From an uncultured delta proteobacterium (GTDB lineage Bacteria; Desulfobacterota; Desulfobaccia; Desulfobaccales; 0-14-0-80-60-11): a stretch of DNA of 64,000 nucleotides. Shown here piece after piece: positions 20,530 to 31,109 of the stretch (within the stretch, counting starts at the first letter, position 1; every line of letters begins with the position of its first letter). Both the position numbers and the translations under genes were made by a program. Location: the NCBI GenBank assembly GCA_963812015.1, contig CAWETI010000002.1, positions 1,088,001-1,152,000 of the forward strand, given 5' to 3'. The notes under the pieces were generated by a model. It was not told the origin of the DNA. It saw only the letters and a program-made list of their open reading frames with translations, and did not search any database.

Positions 20530-22932
20530 ATGAGCGCGAAGCACGAAGAGGTTTCAAAAGGCGCGGTGGTTGATTCACCACTGGGGCAGAAAAAGATCGA
20601 TTCCGAGGGAGCACCAATCTCCGGGGTCAGGATGGAAGTCTCCAGGGCCTACGCCGGAATCCCCGGGTTGCTCCAGAAGGTGATTAAAGACAACGATGCG
20701 GCCGCCTGGAGGGAGATAACCAATAAGATCGATTATATCTATGACAACCTCAATTATTCCTTAGCGGGCCTGGATAGGGAGACCGGCTTTGCCGGCGAGG
20801 TGCAATCGCAGATCAGATCAGGCAAAAAACTGTTATTCAAGCCCAACCTGGTATGTCCGTCGGTCATAGACCCTGTGACCCATGGCGAAGGCGAGGGTGC
20901 TCCTATTTGTACGGAATGGCCTTTGATAGCTGCCTTGATGAGGTGGTTTCACGACAAGCTTGACCTGAGTTATTATCAGATGGCACTGGGAGAGGCTGCA
21001 AGCGCTACATTCACCCTGGCATGCATGTACAGTGAAGCCATAGGAAAGGCCATAACCACAGAGGCAATCATAGAGGGACGCAGCGGAGATTTCTATGGCG
21101 GCTGGGGGTTTTATTTTGTTCGCAGGTACCTGTCAGAGCGCCATCCTGTCTCCCATACCGACGATCCCATGAGGGGCCACGAAGACAGCGTGGCCGGAGG
21201 ATTTCTCCAGCCAGGCCGAGCCGGAGACCGGCTGATGGTCTATGACCTGAACAAGATTCAAGATGAGCCCTCCAAAGGAAGGACTATAGCAGTTCCGGAT
21301 GGGGCTAATTACCAGGAAATCACCCTGCACAAAGCCATCGTGGGTGGTGACCCGGATGACCCTAGCGACCGCAGAGACTATCCAGGCTGCGTCCTGGTAA
21401 ATGTTCCCAAGCTGAAGCTTCATTTACAGGACCTGATTACCAATGCCATCAAAAACCTGGGGATCGGCCTTTATCCGATGCTATGCACCTTTGGGGATGA
21501 TAAAAGTGGTGCCTCATGGAAATATTGTTGTCCTTCCAAAGCCTTGCCACTCTACAAAGCCACACTGCCGCATATGCCCTGGGTTCTCAAGATGGATGCG
21601 GCTACCAATTTGCCGGTGAAAGATGAGAAGGGGGAATATATTGCTACCAAGACCGCAGGCATGCCGGGAACTCAGGCCGACGCCATCAGGGCGGTGCAGG
21701 GCCAGAATGTGTTCATGGTACACGTGGTGGACGCGCTAGAGATGATAAATCACAGCCATAATCCGGATGGCAAAGCCGTGAGAGTTCCTGAAGGCTATGT
21801 TTGGTCATCTCTGGACTGTGTGGCCTTGGACCTTTCCTGTGCCAGGTACTGTTTTAAGACTGTCCCCATGCGGGAAGCCCTGCAACTGAAGGAGGAGAAT
21901 GGCTGGCCCACCGAGTTTGTCCATCAGGTACCTGTGGCCAGGGTGGATGGGGCCAATATAGTAACCGGGGAAGGGCTCGATTCGCCGCTCTTCAGATATA
22001 ACCTATACCGGTATGCTGAAAAGAGAGGTGTGGGGCAACAGAGGTACTATATCGTGGGCTGGGACAGCCTGACAGAAACGCCTTTGGCTTCTCTGGGGGG
22101 GCATCTGGGCAGGATAGATAACGGGCAATTCCTCGAGCTGACAACGAAGACCATGTACTTTAATCTTAGCTGCCTGCTCTGGGATTTGCAAAAGACCCTC
22201 TTGAGCTATGCCAAAGCCCACGATGACTTGACCGGCTCCACGCTTTTCAAGGAATTCATGGACACCTTTGACGAGAATAATGACGGTATAATCGATTACG
22301 ACGAGATGGGGCGGAAAGGGTTCTGGATGACAACCCCCTACCTATCAGTTCGTGGTACTGATCTTGGGTTAGGCGAAAAATATGGTCCGTTAAAAGGGAA
22401 CTTCTATGGAAATGCCAACCGGATGAAAGCGGTCAATAAAAATTGGAATCCACAAGGCCATGACTTCGCGGAAGAGTTTTTGCTTGAGTTTATTGGGGAA
22501 GTGGCCTTTGCCTTGTCTCAATCTGAAGAGCCGATTGCAGACCTCTTTATCCCGGGAATGATCTTTGGCCAGGGCAGGTGGCCAAGCTGGCAGACAGCCA
22601 CCTATATTTTCTTTACCCGTTGTATCTATGGTTCTAACTCGCCTAACAGTCTCAGCCCCCAAACACTTTACGGTCTGGCATTCCAATATGCAGACAAGGC
22701 TCTCAACGGAGGTTCTTATACCGGCAGCAAAAATGCAATGGCATGCGATCCAAATTCTTTGCAAAACTATTTAAGGGCTGTATCTGAGGGGGCAGGTCCT
22801 CTGAACTTCATCCTCTATGTCCCCGCGGGCTATGGAAGCCTGGAGAAGGTCAAGATCCCTAATGTGGAGGAGACGGAAGACCCGAATAAGATCTTCACGG
22901 TTCATTTTAACGGCGGACAGGAGGTCTGGTGA
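20530..22932 (+). CDS. Large DUF362-domain protein with EF-hand loop
   Basis: 'LLFKPNLV', 'VNVPKLKLH', 'TNAIKNL', 'DCVALD' DUF362 motifs; DENNDGIIDYDE EF-hand. Confidence 0.8.
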   Translation: MSAKHEEVSKGAVVDSPLGQKKIDSEGAPISGVRMEVSRAYAGIPGLLQKVIKDNDAAAWREITNKIDYIYDNLNYSLAGLDRETGFAGEVQSQIRSGKKLLFKPNLVCPSVIDPVTHGEGEGAPICTEWPLIAALMRWFHDKLDLSYYQMALGEAASATFTLACMYSEAIGKAITTEAIIEGRSGDFYGGWGFYFVRRYLSERHPVSHTDDPMRGHEDSVAGGFLQPGRAGDRLMVYDLNKIQDEPSKGRTIAVPDGANYQEITLHKAIVGGDPDDPSDRRDYPGCVLVNVPKLKLHLQDLITNAIKNLGIGLYPMLCTFGDDKSGASWKYCCPSKALPLYKATLPHMPWVLKMDAATNLPVKDEKGEYIATKTAGMPGTQADAIRAVQGQNVFMVHVVDALEMINHSHNPDGKAVRVPEGYVWSSLDCVALDLSCARYCFKTVPMREALQLKEENGWPTEFVHQVPVARVDGANIVTGEGLDSPLFRYNLYRYAEKRGVGQQRYYIVGWDSLTETPLASLGGHLGRIDNGQFLELTTKTMYFNLSCLLWDLQKTLLSYAKAHDDLTGSTLFKEFMDTFDENNDGIIDYDEMGRKGFWMTTPYLSVRGTDLGLGEKYGPLKGNFYGNANRMKAVNKNWNPQGHDFAEEFLLEFIGEVAFALSQSEEPIADLFIPGMIFGQGRWPSWQTATYIFFTRCIYGSNSPNSLSPQTLYGLAFQYADKALNGGSYTGSKNAMACDPNSLQNYLRAVSEGAGPLNFILYVPAGYGSLEKVKIPNVEETEDPNKIFTVHFNGGQEVW

Positions 22933-22989
22933 CGAAGCCGTCATCAGGCTGGTTTTAAAAAAACCCCAACAAAAATTAAGAGGTTGACC

Positions 22990-23784
22990 ATGTTCAAGTT
23001 TGAAGACCATAAATGTTACCAGATGCCCGCCCATTTTGGCGGTTGGGACTATAACCCCACGGGAACCATCTACCGGGATACGGTGCAAATATCCTATGCT
23101 TATGCCACGGATGGAAACCGGCTAGCCGACTATCTGCCCGAGGGCTTTGAGCTGTTAAGACCGGAATTGCTGATCGCTTGCGTCCAGAGCCGTGAGGTCG
23201 AGTGGCTGGGGGGGGCAGCTTATAATCTGATCGAGGTTAGCGTCCCGGCCCGCTTCCAGGGTCGCCAAGATCGAGTGGAGGGGCAGTTTGCCCTGGTGGT
23301 CTGGGAGAATAAAACCGCCCCCATCCTGGGAGGACGGGAAGAATGTGGCATCCCGAAAATCTTTGCGGATATCCAGGATCTGCATAAAGTTCAGCAGAAT
23401 TACTTCACGAATGCCAGCTACGAAGGGAACACCTTTTTGCGTCTGGAGATGCATGGGGCACAACCCCTGGACGCACAGAAACTGGCGGAAATTAAAGCCC
23501 ACCCAGTCGAAAGAGTGCTCTTTGGGTGGCGCTATATTCCTAAGGTCGGGAATCCGGGGGCGGAATTGAGCCAGCCCATACTCTATCCCCAAAGCACGGA
23601 GGTTAATGGTGCCTGGATCGGCAAGGGCACAGTGCAATGGACGCAGCTCAAGCCGGAGCAAAGCCCACAGCAATGGCACATCATTAAGGCACTGGCGGAG
23701 TTGCCTATGAATGAGCTGACCCCGGCCATGATGGTGCAAGGTGTCAGTACATTAAAATCCATGCAGGCGCGCGTTCTCATATAG
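22990..23784 (+). CDS. Acetoacetate decarboxylase-family protein
   Basis: 'YQMPAHFG', 'LPEGFE', 'GREECGIPKIFADI' with the conserved Lys. Confidence 0.85.
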   Translation: MFKFEDHKCYQMPAHFGGWDYNPTGTIYRDTVQISYAYATDGNRLADYLPEGFELLRPELLIACVQSREVEWLGGAAYNLIEVSVPARFQGRQDRVEGQFALVVWENKTAPILGGREECGIPKIFADIQDLHKVQQNYFTNASYEGNTFLRLEMHGAQPLDAQKLAEIKAHPVERVLFGWRYIPKVGNPGAELSQPILYPQSTEVNGAWIGKGTVQWTQLKPEQSPQQWHIIKALAELPMNELTPAMMVQGVSTLKSMQARVLI

Positions 23785-23882
23785 ACCGGCTACAATCTCT
23801 TAGCGCCTTGACACCTAACGCCACGATCCAAAAAGCAGCCCCCGGCTTTGTCCGGGGCTGCATGCCCTACAGGAGGAAGGAC

Positions 23883-24683
23883 ATGCAAGTTGAGGAGTAT
23901 TTCCATGGCAAGGGGTGTGTGGTTACTGGCGCCGCCTCGGGCATCGGTTTTGCCCTGACTAAAGCGCTGCTGCAAGCGGGCGCGGTGGTCTTTATGGCGG
24001 ACCGGGATACGCAGACGCTCACTTCCGCGGTCGAACAACTTACCGCCCCTGCCGGGCGGGTTCATTCCATGTCGGTGGACGTGACCAAGCAGGAGCAGGT
24101 TCAGCACATGGTTGAAGAGGCGGCCTCACGTCATGGCCGGCTTGATGTTCTCTTCAATAACGCCGGAATTGGCAGCCTTATCCAGATTGGCGAAGCAACG
24201 CTGGATCATTGGCGCCGCATCATCGACATCAATCTTTGGGGGGTCATATACGGAATTCATGCCGCCCTGCCCATCATGCGCCGCCAGGGCGGAGGCCACA
24301 TCGTTAACACCGCGTCCTTTGCCGGGCTTGCCCCATTTGCGTTCGAGGCTCTGTACTGCACCACCAAGTACGCGGTGGTCGGTCTCAGCGAAAGCCTGCG
24401 CTTCGAGTTGGGGGACGAGGGCATTCATTTCTCCGTGGTGTGCCCCGGACCTGTCGCCACACCCATGTTTGGAACCGTGAAGCCCCCGGAAATCGCCATC
24501 TCCGCTGAGGAGGCCGCACAGATTGCCCTGGAGGGCGTCGCCAACCAACAGGGCATCATAGCATTACCCGAAAAAATCCGGCAGATGTGGCGTCGGTACT
24601 GGAGTTCCCCTGAAGCCTTCGAGAGTGAGCTATGGGATCTGGCCCGGCAGCGGCGGACCCTTTCTCAAAAAAAAGGATCGTAA
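23883..24683 (+). CDS. SDR family oxidoreductase
   Basis: TGAASGIG, NNAG, YCTTK (YxxxK); AGGAGG RBS. Confidence 0.93.
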   Translation: MQVEEYFHGKGCVVTGAASGIGFALTKALLQAGAVVFMADRDTQTLTSAVEQLTAPAGRVHSMSVDVTKQEQVQHMVEEAASRHGRLDVLFNNAGIGSLIQIGEATLDHWRRIIDINLWGVIYGIHAALPIMRRQGGGHIVNTASFAGLAPFAFEALYCTTKYAVVGLSESLRFELGDEGIHFSVVCPGPVATPMFGTVKPPEIAISAEEAAQIALEGVANQQGIIALPEKIRQMWRRYWSSPEAFESELWDLARQRRTLSQKKGS

Positions 24684-24856
24684 TACTAAGCCCGCGGAAC
24701 TTCGTCCGCCATTTTTCCAGGGGTTTCACGACCACCCTGCTCGCTTACGGACCCCTCTTCTCATGGCCGGGAGGGGGGTAGGGGGTGAAGTCTGGAAGCG
24801 AACCCTATCGGCAACTGGGGCTATGGAAAGCAAGGAGATAAAGGAGCACACGGATA

Positions 24857-25336
24857 ATGCAGTCGGTTGATTCTTACATCCGCACGCAAGGAATTAATTG
24901 CGCCGTGATCAACATGGTAATCAACCCCGTGGTGGCATGGCTCGGCAACCGACAGATGGAATTTATGCCGCTTTCGGGAGGAAGCGGCATTGTCGTCGAT
25001 ACCGCGGTGACGTCCATCGTCCTGTCGCTGTTGGTGGCACTGTTCATTGCCTCTGGGGTGCGTCAAGCTCTTCATGCGGGGACCCTGAACACCACTGACG
25101 GATCTCCCCGGGCGGGACGTCTGCTCACTCATCTGCCCAGGAAGGCATGGGCTCTCGGACTGCTACTTGGCCTTGGCGTCGCTTGCGTTTTCACCCCGCT
25201 CACCTTCGGGCTGTTCTATGCCCTTGGTTTTTCCGGACTTTCCTTCTGGGGATTCGCGCTGTTCAAGGCCATCTACACCGCCCCCCTGGGGTTTGTCGTC
25301 ACGCGCTGGGTGATCCTCCGGCAGTTATCGGGTTAA
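24857..25336 (+). CDS. Hypothetical membrane protein (about 4 TM)
   Basis: Four hydrophobic segments; AAGGAG RBS. Confidence 0.7.
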   Translation: MQSVDSYIRTQGINCAVINMVINPVVAWLGNRQMEFMPLSGGSGIVVDTAVTSIVLSLLVALFIASGVRQALHAGTLNTTDGSPRAGRLLTHLPRKAWALGLLLGLGVACVFTPLTFGLFYALGFSGLSFWGFALFKAIYTAPLGFVVTRWVILRQLSG

Positions 25337-25857
25337 ATGTTCGGACACCTCAGGGGCGGCGAGTTGAATCTCAGCAGTGCCTGTACGGCCAACCTCTGCC
25401 GCGCCACGACGACACCGGATTCCAGGCCCGCCGCCCCGAGGACCAGCGCCTGTTAGCCTTGTGTGCAAATTAGTAGACTACGCCTGAATTGTTCCATCTG
25501 AAAATCAATATAACTTGCCAAAACCTTCCCTTATCACCGGCCCAGCAAAAACTGCAGCTATGATCTCGATATGCTTCAAGGGCGATAGACTTTAAAAGTA
25601 AAGGAATTTCTTGCAGTTTTTGGTAACCTAGATTTGCAACTGCCGCCGCTGGCTACTACAACCGCATTTTGTGGGAAGGGTTGATGGGCAACAAGCTTTA
25701 TCCCGCAGCGCCGACAGGCATGGACTTGAGCCAAAACCGCGAAGAGCTCCTGGCGCGTTACCACCGGCTCTATCTAAAGTAAAAAAGTGGCGAGGGACAC
25801 AAGGCTGATTAACTTGGCGTATACGGAAAAAAGAATGCCACAACAGGGAAAACCGTT

Positions 25858-26922
25858 ATGAGAAAATTCGCATTAGTTTTCCTCCTCATTTTCGTGTCCT
25901 GCTCATGTGCCGGACATCCGTATTCCGATGACAAGGCGGTTCCAGGCGCCTCTACTCTCATCTGGCCTGCCGGTCTGCCGGTCTATGATCACATCATAAT
26001 TGTTGTGGAGGAGAACAAAGATTACGAAGAGATCATCGGGAACTCAAACGCGCCTTATATCAATAGCGTGCTAAAAAAAGAGGGGGCTAACTTCACGCAG
26101 ATGTATGGCGAGGAACACTTCAGTCAGGGCAACTACTTCTGGATATTTTCAGGCGACAATCATACCATCGGCTTCATTGACCAGGTTCCGTCGAAAGAGA
26201 ATAATCCCAACTACCCGTTCGAGACGACCAATCTGGGAGAGCAATTGATCAATAAGGGACTGTCATTCAAAGGCTATGCGGAGAGTCTGTCTACAATCGG
26301 TTTCACAGGTGATATGGCGTCGGCGGGCCTTTATGCAAGAAAACATGTCCCCTGGATCAGCTTTGCCAACGTTCCCAACGGCACAACGATCGCGACATCC
26401 TCCAACATAAGGTTCGCGGACTTTCCTTCCGACCCTGCCCAGTACGACACCTTACCCACCGTTGCCTTCGTCATTCCCAACCTAAAAAACGACATGCACG
26501 ACGGTCCCATCATAGAGAGCATTCCGGCAGGCGACCGATGGTTGCAGAAGAACATCGATCCCTACTATCAATGGGCTAAAGATCACAACAGCCTTCTGAT
26601 CCTCACATTCGATGAAAACGATGATAAAAGGCGCTATCTGGGATTGACAAATCCGTTGGTGGATCCACAGACCTGTACTGGCGAGGGTCGCGATCACGAG
26701 TACTGCGTCGACTTGCAGAATCGCATTGTCACGATTTTTGCGGGGGCGCATATCAAGCCCGGTGATTACCCCGAGGGCAAAGGAATTACACACGTCAACA
26801 TCCTGCGCACACTCGAGGCGATGTATGGATTGTCAAAAGCAGGCGCCCAACAACCCAACGCCGCGGGAGGAGGCATCACCGACAACTACATTGTCACTGA
26901 TGTTTTTGAGATCAGAAAGTAA
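25858..26922 (+). CDS. Phosphoesterase / acid phosphatase (alkaline-phosphatase superfamily), probable lipoprotein
   Basis: HIIIVVEENK, HFSQGNY, YARKHVPW, NDMHDG, ILTFDE, THVNILRTLE. Confidence 0.88.
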   Translation: MRKFALVFLLIFVSCSCAGHPYSDDKAVPGASTLIWPAGLPVYDHIIIVVEENKDYEEIIGNSNAPYINSVLKKEGANFTQMYGEEHFSQGNYFWIFSGDNHTIGFIDQVPSKENNPNYPFETTNLGEQLINKGLSFKGYAESLSTIGFTGDMASAGLYARKHVPWISFANVPNGTTIATSSNIRFADFPSDPAQYDTLPTVAFVIPNLKNDMHDGPIIESIPAGDRWLQKNIDPYYQWAKDHNSLLILTFDENDDKRRYLGLTNPLVDPQTCTGEGRDHEYCVDLQNRIVTIFAGAHIKPGDYPEGKGITHVNILRTLEAMYGLSKAGAQQPNAAGGGITDNYIVTDVFEIRK

Positions 26923-27330
26923 CGGTGCATCTGAGCAGTCGTCTCTAGTTCCGCATTAGCAATCATACTGTCTATGCTTTGTACAAAGAGATTCAACAGA
27001 AGTATCGCTCCTCTATAGGTAACAAGGCATAAATTAGCTACTTTTCTATACGACCGGTTTTCCCCGATCATATAGACATTAAGGGAGGCCCCTCGATGGC
27101 TGACATTCTTCGCTTCGCAAATAAATTGGGGTTGATATCTTGCCAGGACCAAAACTTATCAAATTTCCAGAGAAAATTTATGATATACTTTTTATATCGA
27201 AATGGGGGTGCCAACTATCCCCTTATTGACTGACGGGGGGGGTCACTATAACTCACCATAGGCTGGGCAAAGAGCATAGGCCTTTGAAGCATCAGGTCCC
27301 CTTTCTCATTGCATTGCCTGAGGAGAGGGC

Positions 27331-27654
27331 ATGTCGAATTGGGTCTCTATATTTACCTTGCTTGTAGTAATATTAATCAATGGTTGCGCGGCGCCGCCAA
27401 AACCAAATGCCAGGAGCGATTTTGAAGAGCTGTGCCAAACCTTAGGCAAAACTGACGGCAAGATCAGTAAAGAAGATCTGCTGGCTGCGGTTAGCGATAG
27501 AGAACAGGCTGAGAAGATTTTTGATATGTGTGAGAAAAATAAACAGGGTTTTTTGACGGTGGAAGAAGCAGCGCGCCAAGACTGGGCGATTAGGCAACTT
27601 TTAATGCTCTATCTACCACCCAAATTGCCTCCACCGCGAGGAGGTCGAAAATAA
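27331..27654 (+). CDS. Small lipoprotein with degenerate EF-hand-like loops
   Basis: LINGC lipobox; 'DGKISKED' and 'NKQGFLTVEE'; GAGGAG RBS. Confidence 0.65.
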   Translation: MSNWVSIFTLLVVILINGCAAPPKPNARSDFEELCQTLGKTDGKISKEDLLAAVSDREQAEKIFDMCEKNKQGFLTVEEAARQDWAIRQLLMLYLPPKLPPPRGGRK

Positions 27655-27936
27655 TTTTAAGACAAATCGCAACTTGTAACTAGCTTGCCACGAGATGGAC
27701 TTATCGGTGGAGCAGGAAAAATTGCAGATATGGGTTGGATATGCGAAGCTTTCGGGGCCTCGATAAGTTCCCCGGAAGGACTCTCATCTCCGATTGATGC
27801 TTGAGGTCAGGCGAGCACCAGGTACAGAGACACCAAAGGCATGAATCAAACTGAGACTAGGACAAAGTCCTCAGAGGCCGCCTGGGCTGATGGCGGCCTC
27901 CAGGAATTTATAAAAATAAGTTATCGTATGAAGGGT

Positions 27937-29160
27937 CTAGGCCAGCAACTCCAAGGCCTGACGCATGAACTCCGTGATGGCCAGGCCGCGCGGACAGGCC
28001 TGCTCTGCCTGGGAGTAGTCGATCTCGGTCAACCGGCGCCTAACCTCCTCGGATAGCCCAGAGAAGGTCAGCCTTGCCAGGTCCGGCTCGCCATAGTACT
28101 GGTGGTACATGAGGCAGCGCATGACCTCGCTCACCGGGACAGTCCCGCCCACAGCCTCCTGGCAGATTTTGCCGCAGCCGGCGCAGTAGTCCGCCTCCGT
28201 CTCCAGGGCATACCGGCGCATCGTTTCGACCTCCTCCCGGGTCAGTTTGGTCAGATCCCGGGCCGCAGCCACGTTGGACGAGAGGATGGTCAAATTGTGC
28301 ATCTGGGAGCAAATGCTGGCGATTTTAGGGTTTTCCCACACGATCTTGAGGTTGGCCTGCTTGTCCGTGAATCCCCGCTTTAGAAACCGGTTAGCCATTT
28401 CCAGCCTGGTTTCACTGGAGAGCTTCTCTGGCCCCGGTCTGCCAGCCTGGCTCTTCATGGCCACCAAACCGATGCCGGCCTGGCTAGCGGCATTGACAGC
28501 TCCCTGCATCTTGAGGGTGTTCATGACCTGGAAGTTGTAGGTAAACATCACTGCGTCGATCCAGTCCAGCTTGGCCGCGGCCACGAGACAGTCTTCCATG
28601 TTGGTGTGGGTGGCGAAGCCGAAGAACTTGAACTTGCCGGCCTTTTTCATTTGTGCGGCCCAATCCTTGATGGCCGGCGTCAGTTCGTCGATGGTGCTGA
28701 GGGCAGGCATCAAAAACAGATCCAAGTATGCAGTTTGCAGCCTTTGCAGACACTTGTCCAGGCGCTCGGTGAAGTCGCCACCCTTGGTCTGGAGCTTGGT
28801 CACCAGGAAGATCTCCTTGCGGGCGTCGGGATTGCGGGAGAAGAAGCGGCCAATGCCTTCTTCGCTCAAGGTGTTGCCGTAGTGCTCGGCCGTGTCCCAG
28901 TGCGTGACGCCCCATTTCAGGGCCTGCTTGAGGAGTAGCTGATTGTTGATAGTGTCGAACATGCAGCCCAGGGAGAGGATGGAAACATCCACCCCGGTCT
29001 TCCCCAGCTTGCGCCTGGGCACGGTGTCAGCCTGGGCCGCAGGCGGCGGCGCGGCCAGGGCAGCGGTGGCGTCGGCCCCAGCCATGGCTAAGCCTGCGAG
29101 TCCGACGGTAGTCACGAACTCCCGGCGGGTAAGATCGGCATCTTTAGTTTTCCGGCTCAT
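27937..29160 (-). CDS. Tat-exported aldo/keto reductase with C-terminal Fe-S domain
   Basis: TRREF Tat motif; 'RRKLGKTG', 'DTAEHY', 'TKL', 'AMKS'; CAGCGKIC...CPRGL. Confidence 0.9.
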   Translation of the reverse strand: MSRKTKDADLTRREFVTTVGLAGLAMAGADATAALAAPPPAAQADTVPRRKLGKTGVDVSILSLGCMFDTINNQLLLKQALKWGVTHWDTAEHYGNTLSEEGIGRFFSRNPDARKEIFLVTKLQTKGGDFTERLDKCLQRLQTAYLDLFLMPALSTIDELTPAIKDWAAQMKKAGKFKFFGFATHTNMEDCLVAAAKLDWIDAVMFTYNFQVMNTLKMQGAVNAASQAGIGLVAMKSQAGRPGPEKLSSETRLEMANRFLKRGFTDKQANLKIVWENPKIASICSQMHNLTILSSNVAAARDLTKLTREEVETMRRYALETEADYCAGCGKICQEAVGGTVPVSEVMRCLMYHQYYGEPDLARLTFSGLSEEVRRRLTEIDYSQAEQACPRGLAITEFMRQALELLA

Positions 29161-29192
29161 GGCAGTCTCCTCCTCTTGGCCCCGGTATGCCG

Positions 29193-29339
29193 TTAAATGA
29201 ACAGGCGTCCCGGGTGGGAACGGGATTCATTCTCACTGTATATGCGGATGGCGCGCTGGCCCGATACCGGGCATTCAGGTTCGCACCTGCCGCAACCGAT
29301 GCACTCGGCGGGGTCCATGTAAGAACGGGGCAATCGCAT
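29193..29339 (-). pseudogene. C-terminal fragment of a polyferredoxin / 4Fe-4S dicluster protein
   Basis: MRLPRSYMDPAECIGCGRCEPECPVSGQRAIRIYSENESR...; CxxCxxCxxxCP motif; below the ORF-track size cutoff. Confidence 0.65.
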
Positions 29340-29356
29340 CACGTTTTCCGGCCAAC

Positions 29357-29971
29357 TTATTGGGAGATTTTCTTCCCCTGGTTGAGATCGTATATCGGGG
29401 CAAATTTCAGATCCTGGCGCAAGAATTTTTCCGGAGATTGGTTGAGGAGTTCCCCGTTCTTTTGGATAAAACGCAGTTCGGCCCCGACCCCGTAGCCCTC
29501 CTGGCAGGCCTGCTCCAGTTTGGATTTGGTGGGGCCATACTCCGGTTCGGTCTTGCTCTGGCCATGGAACTGGCGCCGATAGTCAATCCATTGTTGGGGA
29601 GTCAGGCCACTTTGGTCGATGAAGACATAGTAGATCACTTTATCCGGACAGTCCTCCTCCAGATAGAGAGTATACTCTGCAGGCTGGCCCGGACTGCCTG
29701 CCCTGCCCTGGGCATTCTTGGCGCCCGCCTCGATGAGCCAGGTCGTGGGGCATTTGCGGGAAGCAACAAAGGACTTAATTGGACCGAAAATGAAGTCCGG
29801 GGTCATCTCTTCGGCCACGAAATTGCCGGCCAGGAACTTCTCTGGGGGGGTGAAGATGGTTAGGCTATTAGTTTTCCGCAGCGCCGTGGCCTTCTGGCTC
29901 GCCGCCGAGGCTGCGGAGCTATTACCCACCAAAAGCAGACACCCCAAGAATAATGGCAATAGACGCATCAT
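29357..29971 (-). CDS. Exported hypothetical protein
   Basis: Signal peptide, GGAGG RBS, 204 aa; no recognisable family. Confidence 0.7.
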   Translation of the reverse strand: MMRLLPLFLGCLLLVGNSSAASAASQKATALRKTNSLTIFTPPEKFLAGNFVAEEMTPDFIFGPIKSFVASRKCPTTWLIEAGAKNAQGRAGSPGQPAEYTLYLEEDCPDKVIYYVFIDQSGLTPQQWIDYRRQFHGQSKTEPEYGPTKSKLEQACQEGYGVGAELRFIQKNGELLNQSPEKFLRQDLKFAPIYDLNQGKKISQ

Positions 29972-30239
29972 AGCCCATCCTCCCTGGTCACGAGATGTTC
30001 AAGGTAAGGAATGTGTCCCCTAACTTTCAATGACTCCTTATATATCAATTTTTACTAAAAACACTTGAAAAATTAAGGGAAGGAATTGGCAGGCAAAGGC
30101 TCCAAAATGGAGTTGATGATGGTTTAATGTTAGTCACCCAAAAGTGAAGCTACCTTGCCACTATCCGCCCTTCTGCTAATCATTCCATATGATTCGTATA
30201 TTGGAACCTTTGCAAATAGAGGCTGAATTGGGAATTCTC

Positions 30240-30900
30240 CCGAAAAATTGAAAAAATTCCGGGGAGATCGTATTGATTGAGGGGGAGTCCCTCCCGAGGT
30301 GTCCGGTTCCCGACATAGACCAAGGGCAGGGGTGCGGGACCGGGCAGTCCTGAAGCCGGAAGCAGCAGACATTAAGAAATCTGCACGGGGTATCGTGGTC
30401 CTCTGTTCAAAATGAAAAATTGCAAAAATTTCCTCCATTAACCACGCGGCCAGGGGTCCGCCGGAACCATCCCCAGCCGCCCGGATGCCGCCACAGCCCC
30501 AGCCCAACCCCCCCCGCTACCCAGACCGGATTTTTGTTATAAAATTTTTGGGGGTCCGTAAGACCCGGGGGGTGTTCCAGGCCGGGATCTTCCTGGGATG
30601 AAAAACGTTATTGACGAAAATATGGAGGTCGGGGTCCGGACCGGGCATTGATAGTACGGGGGGGGAGTCCCTGGTCCCGGGGTTCCGGGTTCGCGGCTGG
30701 CGCTAGGTGCGATTAGGGGGCAGGTGGTGGGGGGCCAGGGCTGGGCTGGGGGGCGAGGGCGGCAGTCCATCACTCCTGGACTGCGTTGGCGGGGGCGCCG
30801 GGTCGAGGGCGGTGGTCTGGGTCCGGGGCCAGGGACGGGGCGGTTAAGCGTAGAGGTCTGGAAGGCTGAGGCTGTCCTGGCCGGCCGGGGGGACGGGCGA
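30240..30900 (-). other. Non-coding G-rich/A-tract module (copy B, inverted relative to copy A)
   Basis: G-rich on +; 30518-30549 is 26/32 identical to the reverse complement of 18009-18040; GGGGGAGTCCCT occurs at both 30281 and 30661. Confidence 0.55.
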
Positions 30901-31074
30901 TTAAGCGCACCCCCCCATCCTTCCCCACGGATTTTCCCTTCCGGAAATGGGGGGGGCGCGTCCTGCGGAAAATGCGTTTCCACCTAATCCCCTTAAAAAT
31001 TTAGTGAATATTGCCGGAGAACGCGAGGGACGGGAGAATAGGGGGAGTATATCAGGAAAAAATCGCTTTTTCGC

Positions 31075-31102
31075 TTGACAATATAGACGCAACGCCTATA
31101 AT
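31075..31102 (+). promoter_or_regulatory. Consensus sigma-70 promoter with overlapping palindromic operator
   Basis: TTGACA (31075-80), 16 bp, TATAAT (31097-102); TATAGACG-CAA-CGCCTATA imperfect palindrome (31082-31100). Confidence 0.75.
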
Positions 31103-31109
31103 TAATGGC

